The notes under the pieces: model-generated
Told to the model about the DNA's origin: nothing
Database searches by the model: none
The model's input: only the letters and a program-made list of their open reading frames with translations
IMG/VR virus record: IMGVR_UViG_3300010274_000002
DNA: 64,000 nt
Source: a virus
Direction: 5' to 3' (one strand)
Position numbers and translations under genes: made by a program
Shown: positions 28,991 to 39,211 of the stretch, one piece after another
Position numbering within the stretch: position 1 is the stretch's first letter
Layout of the letters: each line of letters opens with the position of its first letter

Positions 28991-30550
28991 ATGGCTACTT
29001 GGGATGAGATCAAGCAAGCCATGGTTAATAGGGTCGTCCAGGAGGGCTTGGTGAATCCGGAGACCGGCCAGCCCATGCCTGCGATGGATTCCGTGCTTGA
29101 CGCGGTGGCTGACGGCATAGCTCTGCAGGAGGCCGGGCCGGGTTTCGGCAAAGTAAAGGTAGGGGCCAGCACGCTGGAGGCCGACGCGCCTGGGGATACT
29201 CTTGAATTGGTCGCAGGTGCTAACATCGCTCTGAGTGCTGACACCGCTGGAGACAGCGTAACGATTGCCGTTACCGGGACAGTGCCGACGGCGCGGGACG
29301 CCGACACCGTGGACGGCAAGCACGCATCCGACCTCGCGCTGCTCGGGCACGGCCATACCGGGGGAGCGGACGGGAACCAGATAGGCACCTCGGGCCTTCA
29401 GGACGGAGCCGTCACAGATGCCAAAGTCGGGAACAGGACGGCGGATCAGGCGCAGACGCCGACAGGGAGTACAGGCACGCTTACCCAGTTATTCTCTTGG
29501 ATTGCAAACAGGCTCAAGGCGATTACTGGGGCTACGAACTGGTTCGATGCGCCGGCGGCGACGCTCGCGGCGATTTGGGCCAAGTTCAACGCTTCAACGG
29601 GACACAAGCATACTGGGGCGACGGATGACGCGCCAAAGATAAGCTTCAGCGACCTCGCGGGCACGCCTTCTTCATTTGCTCCGGCTCCTCATAAATCAAC
29701 ACATGCTTCCGGCGGAAGCGATGCGCTGACGCCAGGGGACATCGGAGCGGTTAGCAAGGCCGGGGACACGATGACGGGCAAGCTGACAGCGCCTTCATAT
29801 GGGTCTCGGGACACCCGGAGTACAGCCACAGCGCCGGGTGACTATGACGCGGAGATGCGACTTCAGTTTAAGTATCTTTCCGCTATCGGCCTGAGCGGAA
29901 TCGCATCTGGTACGTACTGCCAATTGATGGGCTATCGAGCTTGGTCGGACGACAGCGGCGGGCGGGCTCATGAACTTGCGTTTACCGATGGCGGAGACAT
30001 TTACTATCGAAGCGGAACGGAAGCTGCTGGATGGGGATCATGGCAGAAGCTTTGGCACGCAGGCAACGACGGCTCTGGCAGCGGACTTGACGCTGACCTA
30101 CTGGACGGGCAACATTCATCGGCGTTCGCGCCTGCGTCGCACGTAGGAGCCACCGGGAGCGCCCATGGCACTGCGACAACGTCCGTCGCTGGATTCATGT
30201 CCGCGGCTGACAAGACTAAGCTCGACGGCATCGCCGCAGGAGCCGAAGTGAACCAGAACGCGTTCTCGAACGTCCTTGTCGGCGGCACGACTATTGCGGC
30301 AGACGCCAAGACGGACACTCTGGAGCTCGTCGCGGGAACGAACATCGCGTTGACACCCGACGCGACGAACGATAAGGTCACGATCGCGGTTAGCGGCACC
30401 GTTGCTTCCGCGTCGAATGCCGACACGGTGGACGGATTACACGCGGCCGGGGTTCGTAGTAGTACGACACTCGCTTTGTGCGTGGAGGTCAGAAGTTCCG
30501 ACCCCACGTCTCCGACAGTTGGGCAGATTTGGTTGAGGAGCGACTTGTGA
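28991..30550 (+). CDS. tail fibre protein 1
   Basis: Gly/Ala/Thr-rich; WGSWQKLWHAGNDGSGSGLDADLLDG fibre motif; shares repeat units with 36176-38935. Confidence 0.75.
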   Translation: MATWDEIKQAMVNRVVQEGLVNPETGQPMPAMDSVLDAVADGIALQEAGPGFGKVKVGASTLEADAPGDTLELVAGANIALSADTAGDSVTIAVTGTVPTARDADTVDGKHASDLALLGHGHTGGADGNQIGTSGLQDGAVTDAKVGNRTADQAQTPTGSTGTLTQLFSWIANRLKAITGATNWFDAPAATLAAIWAKFNASTGHKHTGATDDAPKISFSDLAGTPSSFAPAPHKSTHASGGSDALTPGDIGAVSKAGDTMTGKLTAPSYGSRDTRSTATAPGDYDAEMRLQFKYLSAIGLSGIASGTYCQLMGYRAWSDDSGGRAHELAFTDGGDIYYRSGTEAAGWGSWQKLWHAGNDGSGSGLDADLLDGQHSSAFAPASHVGATGSAHGTATTSVAGFMSAADKTKLDGIAAGAEVNQNAFSNVLVGGTTIAADAKTDTLELVAGTNIALTPDATNDKVTIAVSGTVASASNADTVDGLHAAGVRSSTTLALCVEVRSSDPTSPTVGQIWLRSDL

Positions 30551-31389
30551 TGATTTCGTGGAAATCGTTTGAAGACGTTGTAGTGAACGGGGTCAATAGG
30601 CATGTTAATACCAGGGTTATGTATGATGGCCTGATGCAGGTCCCTAGAGGCGCAGGTTTTGAGGTTATCGAAGCTACAGCGAGAGCATCGCTCAACGCAG
30701 TCTATGACTCCCTTGGATTACCTCAGGAGGTCCGGGCCAAGCTAATGACACGGCCAGTGGTGTTGCCGACGGTTGTCAATCGGGAGACCCAGGAGCTGTA
30801 TTACCTATTCGTCCGGGACATTACTCTACTACCGTGTACAGGCCAAGTGGATAAACTGCAGCGCGTATTACAGGTCGCTAGCGTCCTTGGCGACGCGTTC
30901 GGTTCCGAGACCCTCATGTCTACATTGGGAAGTAGGGAGATCGAACGTATTTGTCCTAGGGTCTATATCTGCTCTGTGGATGTAGTGCGAGGGATTTTCT
31001 CCCTCTATTTCCAGCATACGTATAGCTCAACACTGCAGGAGTTCAATCGTCTTGTTGCGGCTACCGGCAATACGCACGACCGCCAGTTGGAGTTCTTGAG
31101 CTATGTTTGTCCCGGGCATGATCCTCGGTACATAATCCAGAGCAAAGTGGCGATTACAGGCGTTGATTATGTGCGGGGGGTGTTGGCGGGCAAGCTCAAA
31201 TACTACTTTTGCCCTGATAGGCTGACTGAGGACGAATTGAGAAGGCTCGAAGAGGTGAGCGGGTTTAAGGTAGCTGATTCCGCCGCGCGGTTGGGGCTCC
31301 ATCCTGATTTGGTGCATTTGATAGGCATAGGTATAGATTTCAGTGCAGATGAGGTTGTCAAGGTGAAACATTACTTTCGAGCAGGGTAG
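30550..31389 (+). CDS. hypothetical protein, possible ABBA (PT-barrel) prenyltransferase-like fold
   Basis: Lower GC; three repeats of a hydrophobic-D-x(n)-Y-F motif (SVDVVRGIFSLYF, GVDYVRGVLAGKLKYYF, GIDFSADEVVKVKHYF); the fold call is inference. Confidence 0.4.
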   Translation: MISWKSFEDVVVNGVNRHVNTRVMYDGLMQVPRGAGFEVIEATARASLNAVYDSLGLPQEVRAKLMTRPVVLPTVVNRETQELYYLFVRDITLLPCTGQVDKLQRVLQVASVLGDAFGSETLMSTLGSREIERICPRVYICSVDVVRGIFSLYFQHTYSSTLQEFNRLVAATGNTHDRQLEFLSYVCPGHDPRYIIQSKVAITGVDYVRGVLAGKLKYYFCPDRLTEDELRRLEEVSGFKVADSAARLGLHPDLVHLIGIGIDFSADEVVKVKHYFRAG

Positions 31390-31400
31390 GGGTAGAGCCC

Positions 31401-33764
31401 ATGGGAAGAGTCGAGCTGATAGAAAAGAGGGATAGATACTCAAAGACCTTTGACAATCGAGATAATACCTATACCTTGGAGTTCGCCACGTTCCCCTTGC
31501 ACTACATGGACGGGGAGAGAAATTGGCAAGACATATCCGCGCGGTTTGAGGAAGATGCGGCGGCTGGGCAGTTTAGGTGTCTTACCAATGTCTTGCAGGT
31601 CGTCATCAAGCGGGACGTTCGCGAGGATTACAACACGGTAGTAAAGACTGACGAGGGGCTTACCATAGAGATTGATCTCCGGGAGGCCAGATATTCCACA
31701 GAGTCCGGGGAGTTTGAGACGGTACACTATCCCAATGATACGTCGTACACTTCGTATGCGGCGGACGATGCGACGGTTGTTCAAGCGGGGGTATTCCCCG
31801 GCATCACTGACAGATATTGTATAGGTTCAGGCATCTTAAAACACGATTTGGTCATAGAGCAAGCCCCTCTCCCCCCTTCAATCACTGGAAGCGGTTTGAA
31901 ATTCGAAGTCGCGTACCGCATTAGGGTAAACAAGCCAGTCAAGGTGACGACGCAAGACATCGAGAAGGCGATAGATTTCGTCACCACTGAGGATATAACC
32001 TTTTCGCCTTTGGACGGCAGCGAATTCGCTGTTCGCCTTCGCAATGTCAACATTCGCGATCAAGCAGGAATATACGCAGTGGTCGAACAGCGACTGCGGT
32101 TTATCACGGAGACAGAGTTCGAGCTGGCCTATCTTGTCAGCTATGACTTTCTGATTGATGACACTTTGGTTTACCCCTTGGTTATTGATCCGACGTCTCA
32201 GACAGTGAGCGTATCAATCGGGTATCCGGGGGGCACTGACCAGAAAACATTCTACGTAGGATTTCCCCAGACAATGCAATGGTCATGCTACGTGCATGGC
32301 CACGCGTCGACGTATACATATGACTACGGTTGTTTTGGGATTTACGACCCTAGCGGCGCGACTATAGTCTACAAGGAGCAGGGCGGCAATGCGGGAGCTA
32401 CTTACTCCGGCTCCATAAACGTGACCTCGTCGCAAATAGGGAACTGGACAGTCAAAGCTTGGACTACTAACGAGTATTCATCCGCTAGTGGGTCCGTAAC
32501 CTATCAGATTAACAGGGCCCCCACCTGTTCTTGCAGTAGCCCTACTGGTGGGGCATGGCAGAAGAGTTCTTCTGTCACATTGTCGTGGAGCTACTCTGAC
32601 GCAGATGGAGACCCTATCCAAAATTCCAGGATTCAAGTAGCAAGGGATTCGGGCTTTTCTAACATTGTAAAGGACGTATATCCCGGGGCTGTTACGTCTT
32701 ACAACTGCACCGGACTCGCTGAGGGCATACATTACTGGCGTGTATCTGTATATGATGGTATTGTCTGGTCAGGTTGGTGTAGTCCTGCCAGTTTTAATGT
32801 TGATACCGTTCTTCCGTCTTTTGTGAGCGCCTCCATTTCTGGGCATCGGTATAATAGCGGGAATGACTACTGGGTTCGTCCTAATGATATAGTTCATATA
32901 CGGCACAGAGGCTATGACGGCGGCTCCGGGATCCGTTACCATTACCTGAGGGCGAACAATCCGACTGACGAAGCCAGGATAGAGGCTACGGCCAACAACG
33001 AATGGGAAGCATCCACTTTGATAGATTTGAACGGCGCCGGTGCTCCGACAGAGATATACAACTCTGGCGGGTATCGAGAGTATGAATACCACGTTATGGT
33101 CATCTCGGATGGGTATGACCATAACATGGAAGGTTTCTACTACGACGTCGCGGGTAACGGTTATGGTTATTTCTCGCTTGGTATAAGGCTCAGGGTCGAT
33201 GGCGGCGCTCCAAGCATAAGCGGCACGTCCCTTACGGTGGATTCCCCCACTCTCGATTCGCAGCAGGAATTCACTGCCACCGTTGCCTGGAGCATCACCG
33301 ACTCGCGAAGTGGCGTTCAAAAGACCAGCCTAGCCTTCTATTACAATGGAACATGGTACTACGACAATGCGAGCTTGCCCGACGGCATAACTTGCTCAGT
33401 AGATATGACCAACATAGCCGGGGCCGGGGCTAAGATGGCGTTGTTCTACAATATCCCCGATAACGCGAACATAGGGATAGCTTGGAGGGGATATGACAAC
33501 GTGGGTAACGATACCGGGTGGGTCGGGCACACTTACTTGACCACCCCCAATCGGGTTCCGATTGGGCACCTGAAACTCAAGGTGGGTTCCGGCATAGTCG
33601 CTATAGGTGTATATCCGCTAACCATCATGTCCAATACGATTCTCAGGATGAAGCTCAATGATGAAGTTGGTTGTTTCTGGCTAGTGTCCCCTTCTCATGT
33701 CAAGGCGACACCCTTGCGGATTCATACGCATAAGGGGACGTTTTCTATCGCCAAAGAGCAGTAA
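31401..33764 (+). CDS. large beta-rich virion-associated protein with Ig/Fn3-like segments
   Basis: Lower GC; N-terminus ELIEKRDRYSKTF...PLHY resembles the N-terminus of wall-associated RHS-type proteins; YYWRVSVYDG Fn3-like motif; fibre-like C-terminus. Confidence 0.55.
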   Translation: MGRVELIEKRDRYSKTFDNRDNTYTLEFATFPLHYMDGERNWQDISARFEEDAAAGQFRCLTNVLQVVIKRDVREDYNTVVKTDEGLTIEIDLREARYSTESGEFETVHYPNDTSYTSYAADDATVVQAGVFPGITDRYCIGSGILKHDLVIEQAPLPPSITGSGLKFEVAYRIRVNKPVKVTTQDIEKAIDFVTTEDITFSPLDGSEFAVRLRNVNIRDQAGIYAVVEQRLRFITETEFELAYLVSYDFLIDDTLVYPLVIDPTSQTVSVSIGYPGGTDQKTFYVGFPQTMQWSCYVHGHASTYTYDYGCFGIYDPSGATIVYKEQGGNAGATYSGSINVTSSQIGNWTVKAWTTNEYSSASGSVTYQINRAPTCSCSSPTGGAWQKSSSVTLSWSYSDADGDPIQNSRIQVARDSGFSNIVKDVYPGAVTSYNCTGLAEGIHYWRVSVYDGIVWSGWCSPASFNVDTVLPSFVSASISGHRYNSGNDYWVRPNDIVHIRHRGYDGGSGIRYHYLRANNPTDEARIEATANNEWEASTLIDLNGAGAPTEIYNSGGYREYEYHVMVISDGYDHNMEGFYYDVAGNGYGYFSLGIRLRVDGGAPSISGTSLTVDSPTLDSQQEFTATVAWSITDSRSGVQKTSLAFYYNGTWYYDNASLPDGITCSVDMTNIAGAGAKMALFYNIPDNANIGIAWRGYDNVGNDTGWVGHTYLTTPNRVPIGHLKLKVGSGIVAIGVYPLTIMSNTILRMKLNDEVGCFWLVSPSHVKATPLRIHTHKGTFSIAKEQ

Positions 33765-33809
33765 TGCATATTCGGGGACAGGGCATACGGGAGGGGTGAT
33801 GTCTAGGCT

Positions 33810-34193
33810 ATGTCGTTTGACTTTCTCGGCACAGGCCCAGCGTTTCCGTTTCGTCTCACCCTCGGTCCTGGTGATATGGCCGAGGGCGAGACGCTTGTTG
33901 AGATGAGCATCGACCAGATCCTTGGCACCGCAGAAGGGGAGCGACTGATGCGTCCCGACTTCGGTTCCAGGCTGCCTTACCTGCTCTTCGAGAACAGCAC
34001 TGACGTTCTCGAGGCTCTGGCCGCGTCCACCATCGAGGACGCGCTGGAGCAATGGGAGCCGAGGATCACCGTGCTTGGTGTGGACGCGCGAGCCGACGGT
34101 AACAAGCTTGAGATTCGTATCCACTACATGATAAACGCCACCAACAACGTGCGGAACAAGGTGTGTGTTTACGAGCTCAAGGGGGTGTCGTAG
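33810..34193 (+). CDS. baseplate wedge gp25/GPW-like
   Basis: ILGTAEGERLMRPDFGSRL...WEPRI. Confidence 0.93.
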   Translation: MSFDFLGTGPAFPFRLTLGPGDMAEGETLVEMSIDQILGTAEGERLMRPDFGSRLPYLLFENSTDVLEALAASTIEDALEQWEPRITVLGVDARADGNKLEIRIHYMINATNNVRNKVCVYELKGVS

Positions 34194-35618
34194 GTGCCCT
34201 ACGTCGACTACTCCGCGCGCGACTTCGCGGCTTTGGGCACGGCCCTGGAGCAGTATATACGCCAGAGATTCCCCCAGTGGACGGACTTCAACGTGTCCAA
34301 CATGGGCAACGTGCTGAAAGAGCTCTTTCAGTACGTGGGGGACACGCTTCATTACTACCTGGACAGGCAGGCGAACGAGTGCTTCTTCGACACCGTGACG
34401 GAGCGCGAGAACATGCTCTCGCTGTGCCGTTGGCTGGGGTACAAGCCTCGCGGGTACGTCGCGGCGACCGCCGACCTCACAGTGACACTGGCCTCCCCCG
34501 CGGCGGCCGACGTGGTGATTCCCAAAGGGACGCAGGTGAAAACGAAGGACCTCTTGAACCCGCTCGTCTTCGAGTTCCAATCGGACTGCGTCATCAAACA
34601 GGGGCAGACAGCCGGTCTTGTCGTCGTGAAGCACGCCAGGACGCGGCGGGAAGTGTTCGAGGCCGACGGCACGGCGGGGCAGGCGTTCAAGCTCTACTAT
34701 GCGCCGTACCTCGACGGGTCGGCGGTCGTGAAAGTGAATGGGACGGAGTGGATGCCACTCGAGAGTCTCATCGACGCGACTGCGGACACGCCGGCCTATA
34801 CCGTGTCCGTGGACGCGGATTACCGGGCCACAATCTCTTTCGGCGACGGCACCAACGGCATGGCGCCGAGCGGGACCGTCGAGGTGAGGTACGAGACCGG
34901 AGGTGGCGCCATAGGCAACGTCCCAGCAGGTCACATTGCGGTCATCGAGGGCGTGTTCACGGACCTTGCCGGGCACCCGGTGTCCGTGTCGGTGACGAAC
35001 ACGAGCCAGGCTTCCGGAGGCATGGACCCCGAGACAATGGACGAAATCCGCTGGAAAGCTCCTCGCTCAATCAAGACCGGGAACCGCACAGTTACACGTG
35101 AGGATTTCGAGATAAACGCGGAGGGAGTAGCGGGCGTCGCGCGGGCGCTGGCGCACACGAGGAACGAGGACTCGTCCTTGCCCGAGAACTTCACGCGCGT
35201 GTACATCGTGCCCAGCGGGGGAGGTGCGCCTTCCGTGCTGCTCCTCGAGCAGGTGAGGGCGGAGCTGCTGTACAACAAGCCTGTGATGTTGACGCACGAG
35301 TTTGAGGTGGTGGAAGCTCAGTACGCGGTCGTGGACATCATCGGCACCGTGTACGCGAGGCCGGGTTACGACACCTCTGCGGTCGAGGCCGCAGTCCTCA
35401 AAGCTATAGACGGCTTCTTCGACTACGCCGCGCTGGACTCCGCGGGCGAGCACGTCATAGACTTCGGCAAGCCGATTTACTTCTCGCAGCTCGTCGCGCT
35501 TATGCAGAACGTCCAGGGCGTCAAGAGTGTCAGCCTGACGAGCCCTACGGGCGACATCGAGGTCGCGGCGAATCAGATTCCCGCAAAAGGAACGGTGAGC
35601 TTGACGGTGGTGGTGTAG
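34194..35618 (+). CDS. baseplate J / gp47-like
   Basis: DYSARDF, YETGGGAIGNV, GGMDPET, RTVTREDF. Confidence 0.92.
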   Translation: MPYVDYSARDFAALGTALEQYIRQRFPQWTDFNVSNMGNVLKELFQYVGDTLHYYLDRQANECFFDTVTERENMLSLCRWLGYKPRGYVAATADLTVTLASPAAADVVIPKGTQVKTKDLLNPLVFEFQSDCVIKQGQTAGLVVVKHARTRREVFEADGTAGQAFKLYYAPYLDGSAVVKVNGTEWMPLESLIDATADTPAYTVSVDADYRATISFGDGTNGMAPSGTVEVRYETGGGAIGNVPAGHIAVIEGVFTDLAGHPVSVSVTNTSQASGGMDPETMDEIRWKAPRSIKTGNRTVTREDFEINAEGVAGVARALAHTRNEDSSLPENFTRVYIVPSGGGAPSVLLLEQVRAELLYNKPVMLTHEFEVVEAQYAVVDIIGTVYARPGYDTSAVEAAVLKAIDGFFDYAALDSAGEHVIDFGKPIYFSQLVALMQNVQGVKSVSLTSPTGDIEVAANQIPAKGTVSLTVVV

Positions 35619-35619
35619 C

Positions 35620-36165
35620 GTGCTGGTGGAGCTTCTTCCCGAGATATACCAGGACAGCGAGGACCTGCGGAACTTCCTTTGGGCGGTCGAGCAGGTCCTC
35701 AAACTTATCAAAGAGGACATTCGCAAGCTGCCGCAGGTGATTTCCCCGGAGAGGTGTCCTCCGGCGTTTGTGGGCAAGATACTGAAGAACATCGGTTGGG
35801 CGTTGCCGGTGCCCGACAGCGTGAAGCGCAGGCTGATACAGTCTGCGCTAATTGTGTACCGGCAACGGGGGACCGCACGAGGTGTTCAAAACCTCATCAG
35901 GCTCCTCACGGGGCTTGAATGCGAGGTCTACAACGCCTATCGAAGCCCGGAGTTTCCGCCAGGAGACCCGGGCTTCTACACTTTCGCGATAACGCCGGTC
36001 AACCCGGCGAGAGAGCTCACGAGCGAGGAACAAGCGATGGTGCTCGAGATTGCCAACTACATGAAACCCAGCCACACGCACCTTCATATCACGGAACCTT
36101 TCGACCACTGGCAGATGGATATCTCTGAACTCGGGGAGACGACCATTCTCCACGAGTCCGCGTAG
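35620..36165 (+). CDS. baseplate/tail protein I-like
   Basis: LLPEIYQ, YRQRGT, YMKPSHT. Confidence 0.85.
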   Translation: MLVELLPEIYQDSEDLRNFLWAVEQVLKLIKEDIRKLPQVISPERCPPAFVGKILKNIGWALPVPDSVKRRLIQSALIVYRQRGTARGVQNLIRLLTGLECEVYNAYRSPEFPPGDPGFYTFAITPVNPARELTSEEQAMVLEIANYMKPSHTHLHITEPFDHWQMDISELGETTILHESA

Positions 36166-36175
36166 GTGGTAGGTT

Positions 36176-38935
36176 GTGAACCGTCAGAACTACTACTACA
36201 GGCAGAAGGTCACGGAAGCGGACCTCGACAACCTCGAGACCAACCTCGAAAGCGCGCTCAAGAACAGCATCGTGGACCTCTTCGGAGTCGGCATGGTCGC
36301 GGGCGGCGAGGTGCTTCCGAATTCTCCGACGCCCGACATGTCGGTTGTTGTGACCGCGGGGCGGGGATACGACTTCCTGGGGCAGAGGGTAGCGTGGTCC
36401 ACCTCGCAGAACGTGGACTGCTCCAAGGACAAAGACGGCGTTTCGACCGCTGTTGCCACGAGCGGCAACCAGAAGTGGATAACCATCCTGGCGTACTTCG
36501 CGCGTGCGCTCTCTGACCCCAGGATAGACGGCTACGGGAATGTCGTGTACTTCCGTCAGGACGAGTCGTTCACTTTCAAGGTGATTCAAGGCGCGGAAGC
36601 TCCCGCGGGACAGGCACAGAGACCCGCTCACCCGACGGACGGAGGTCTCATCCTCGCCGACGTGCTGCTCTCGTACGGGACCACGGCGATCACTGCCGAC
36701 ATGATCGACACAAGCCGCTACGAGGGCATCGTGACCCACACCGCCGACGAGATCCAGGTAGTTGACGCGGGCAACCGGTTCGCTGGCAGCCACGTCGAGG
36801 CGGTGCTGGCTGAAATCGACCAGTCGCTGGACAATCACACCGCGCTTACCACCACCGCTCACGGAGGCATCGTGCCCGCAAGCGACGTGGTGACGACGGC
36901 GCAGGCCAACAAGATCCTGCGTCTCAACAGCCAGGCGAAGTTTCCCGCGAGTATCACGGGCGACGCAGATACCGTGGACAGCAAGCACGCGAGCGACTTC
37001 GCCCCAGCGTCTCACGTGGGGGCCACGGGAACGGCTCATGGGACCGCAACGACGTCGGTCGCTGGATTCATGTCGGCTGCGGACAAGGCGAAATTGGATG
37101 GTATCGCCGCCGGGGCCGAAGTGAACCAGAACGCCTTCAGTCAGATAAAGGTCGGTGCCACGACAATAGACGCCGATTCAAAGACCGACTCCGTGGAGTT
37201 CGTGGCGGGGACCGGGATTGCGCTTACGCCGGACTCGACGAACGACAAGGTGACGTTCGCGGTCGCGATGAGCGACGACCTCCATGGCAATCGCGGCGGC
37301 GGCAGCCTGCACGCGGCGGCGACCTCTTCTGCCGCCGGGTTTATGTCGGCATCGGACAAGGCGAAACTGGACGGCATTGCCGCCGGGGCCGAGGTCAACC
37401 AGAACGCTTTCTCTTCGGTCAAGGTCGTGGACGCCGCCGGTACATCCAAGGGTCAGGCCGACGCGGACGCGAAGACGGACGTGCTCACGCTGAAGGAGGG
37501 CAGCAATGTCACGCTGACGGTAGACACGGCTACCGACACAGTGACCATCTCAGCAGCCGGCGGAGCGCACGCGTCTACGCACATCACCGGCGGCTCGGAC
37601 GTCATCCCCAACGCTGTGGCGAACGGGGCTTCGGGCCTCATGAGCGGCGCTGACAAGGCAAAGCTTGACGGTATCCAGGCGGGCGCGGAGGTCAACCAAA
37701 ACGCGTTTACAAGCGTTGCTGTGGTGGACTCGTCCGGGAACGCAAAGACCGGGAGTCCTTGCGTCGCCGACTCGAAGACGGACACTCTCACGCTCAAGGA
37801 AGGCCAAGGCATCACCCTGACGCCCGACTCAGCCACGGACACGGTGACTATCGCCGTCACGAGCGTCGCGCCGACCGCGCACGCTTCCACGCACATTACT
37901 GGCGGTTCGGACGTCATCCCGAATGCGGTCGCCGGTGGCGCTTCGGGCCTCATGTCCGGCGCTGACAAGGCCAAGCTGGACGGCATTCAGGCGGGCGCGG
38001 AGGTTAATCAGAACGCCTTCAGTCAGATAAAGGTTGGTTCTACGACGATAGATGCCGACTCCAAGACTGACGTTCTCGAGTTTGTGGCCGGTACCAACAT
38101 AGCGCTGACACCCGACGCCACCAACGACAAGATTACGATTGCAGTCACGGGCACCGTGTCCCAGGCTACAAATGCGGACACCGTGGACAATCTCCACGCG
38201 AGCGACTTCGCTCCAGCGTCTCACGTGGGGGCGACCGGGACGGCTCACGGCACGGCCACAACCTCGGTCGCTGGATTCATGTCGGCGTCAGACAAAGCAA
38301 AGCTAGACGGGATACAGGCGGGCGCGGAGGTCAACCAGAACGCCTTCGCACAAGTCAAGGTAGGGGCGACAACCATAGATGCGGATTCCAAGTCCGATGT
38401 TCTGGAATTGGTGGCTGGGACGAACATCGCGATCACGGCAGATGCGGGGAGCGATTCTGTAACGATTGCAGGCACGGGAATTTGGCCCAACGCGGACAAA
38501 GTGGACGGCTGTGATGCCGGTACTGGGGCGAACAACGTTCTCAAGCTGGACAGCTCGGGCAAGGTGCCTGTGGGCAACTTGCCACCTATAAGAAAGCTCT
38601 ATTACGGCGATGAGACAGAGTGTAGCGTCACCGGGACGACAGAAACCTCCATCAAGACTCTGCGCGTCGTCAATTGCTCGACCGCAGGTTTGAGTGTAAC
38701 CAAGTTGTACTTCGTTGCTACGCTCAAGGTCAGTGGCGGCACCGGTTATCTAAAGGTGTACGTCGATGGCACGTTGGTCGCGACGCTCCAAACCACGAGC
38801 ACGAGCTACGCGGTCGTTTACGGCTCTGCTGCCGTGTCCTGGTCGGACAACACGGTTCACACCGTCGACGCGCGCATATCGAACTCGGGTTCGTACACCA
38901 CGTACAACCAGGTCTTCGAAGTCTACGTGGAGTGA
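36176..38935 (+). CDS. tail fibre protein 2 with tandem repeats
   Basis: N-terminus MNRQNYYYRQKVTEADLD; five copies of DKAKLDGIxAGAEVNQNAF. Confidence 0.88.
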   Translation: MNRQNYYYRQKVTEADLDNLETNLESALKNSIVDLFGVGMVAGGEVLPNSPTPDMSVVVTAGRGYDFLGQRVAWSTSQNVDCSKDKDGVSTAVATSGNQKWITILAYFARALSDPRIDGYGNVVYFRQDESFTFKVIQGAEAPAGQAQRPAHPTDGGLILADVLLSYGTTAITADMIDTSRYEGIVTHTADEIQVVDAGNRFAGSHVEAVLAEIDQSLDNHTALTTTAHGGIVPASDVVTTAQANKILRLNSQAKFPASITGDADTVDSKHASDFAPASHVGATGTAHGTATTSVAGFMSAADKAKLDGIAAGAEVNQNAFSQIKVGATTIDADSKTDSVEFVAGTGIALTPDSTNDKVTFAVAMSDDLHGNRGGGSLHAAATSSAAGFMSASDKAKLDGIAAGAEVNQNAFSSVKVVDAAGTSKGQADADAKTDVLTLKEGSNVTLTVDTATDTVTISAAGGAHASTHITGGSDVIPNAVANGASGLMSGADKAKLDGIQAGAEVNQNAFTSVAVVDSSGNAKTGSPCVADSKTDTLTLKEGQGITLTPDSATDTVTIAVTSVAPTAHASTHITGGSDVIPNAVAGGASGLMSGADKAKLDGIQAGAEVNQNAFSQIKVGSTTIDADSKTDVLEFVAGTNIALTPDATNDKITIAVTGTVSQATNADTVDNLHASDFAPASHVGATGTAHGTATTSVAGFMSASDKAKLDGIQAGAEVNQNAFAQVKVGATTIDADSKSDVLELVAGTNIAITADAGSDSVTIAGTGIWPNADKVDGCDAGTGANNVLKLDSSGKVPVGNLPPIRKLYYGDETECSVTGTTETSIKTLRVVNCSTAGLSVTKLYFVATLKVSGGTGYLKVYVDGTLVATLQTTSTSYAVVYGSAAVSWSDNTVHTVDARISNSGSYTTYNQVFEVYVE
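37007..38470 (+). repeat. modular coding repeats of tail fibre 2
   Basis: ASHVGATGTAHGTATTSVAGFMS x2, HASTHITGGSDVIPNAVA x2, AGAEVNQNAF x5; one further copy in fibre 1 (~30130-30400). Confidence 0.85.
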
Positions 38936-38946
38936 GGTGATTCGTC

Positions 38947-39198
38947 ATGCCTATAGGCCGCATTGGGGCGGTCAGAACCAAAAGCATCAGGGACGTCGAG
39001 TGCGCGGCTTGCGAGACGTGCAATACCTGCTATAGGTGTGACACTTGCCAGGTGCAGATGACCTGCGCTAGATGTGACAGTTGCCAAGAGTGCAATACAA
39101 GCGAGAAAACCTGCTCTACCTGTCAGGCTTGCTATTCTTGCGCTTCCTGCAACAAGTGTCAAGCCTGCGTGTCGTGCCAGGCGCTACTTAATCCTTGA
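38947..39198 (+). CDS. Cys-rich CxxC-repeat peptide A (83 aa, 18 Cys)
   Basis: GAGGTG RBS; Cys at every third residue in blocks of 6/4/8. Confidence 0.85.
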   Translation: MPIGRIGAVRTKSIRDVECAACETCNTCYRCDTCQVQMTCARCDSCQECNTSEKTCSTCQACYSCASCNKCQACVSCQALLNP

Positions 39199-39211
39199 GG
39201 GGGCGGGCGCA

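Noticed and set aside
28991-38935. Diversity-generating retroelement or invertible fibre shufflon
   Set aside because: No reverse transcriptase or invertase; repeat differences are not adenine-specific and all copies are in direct orientation
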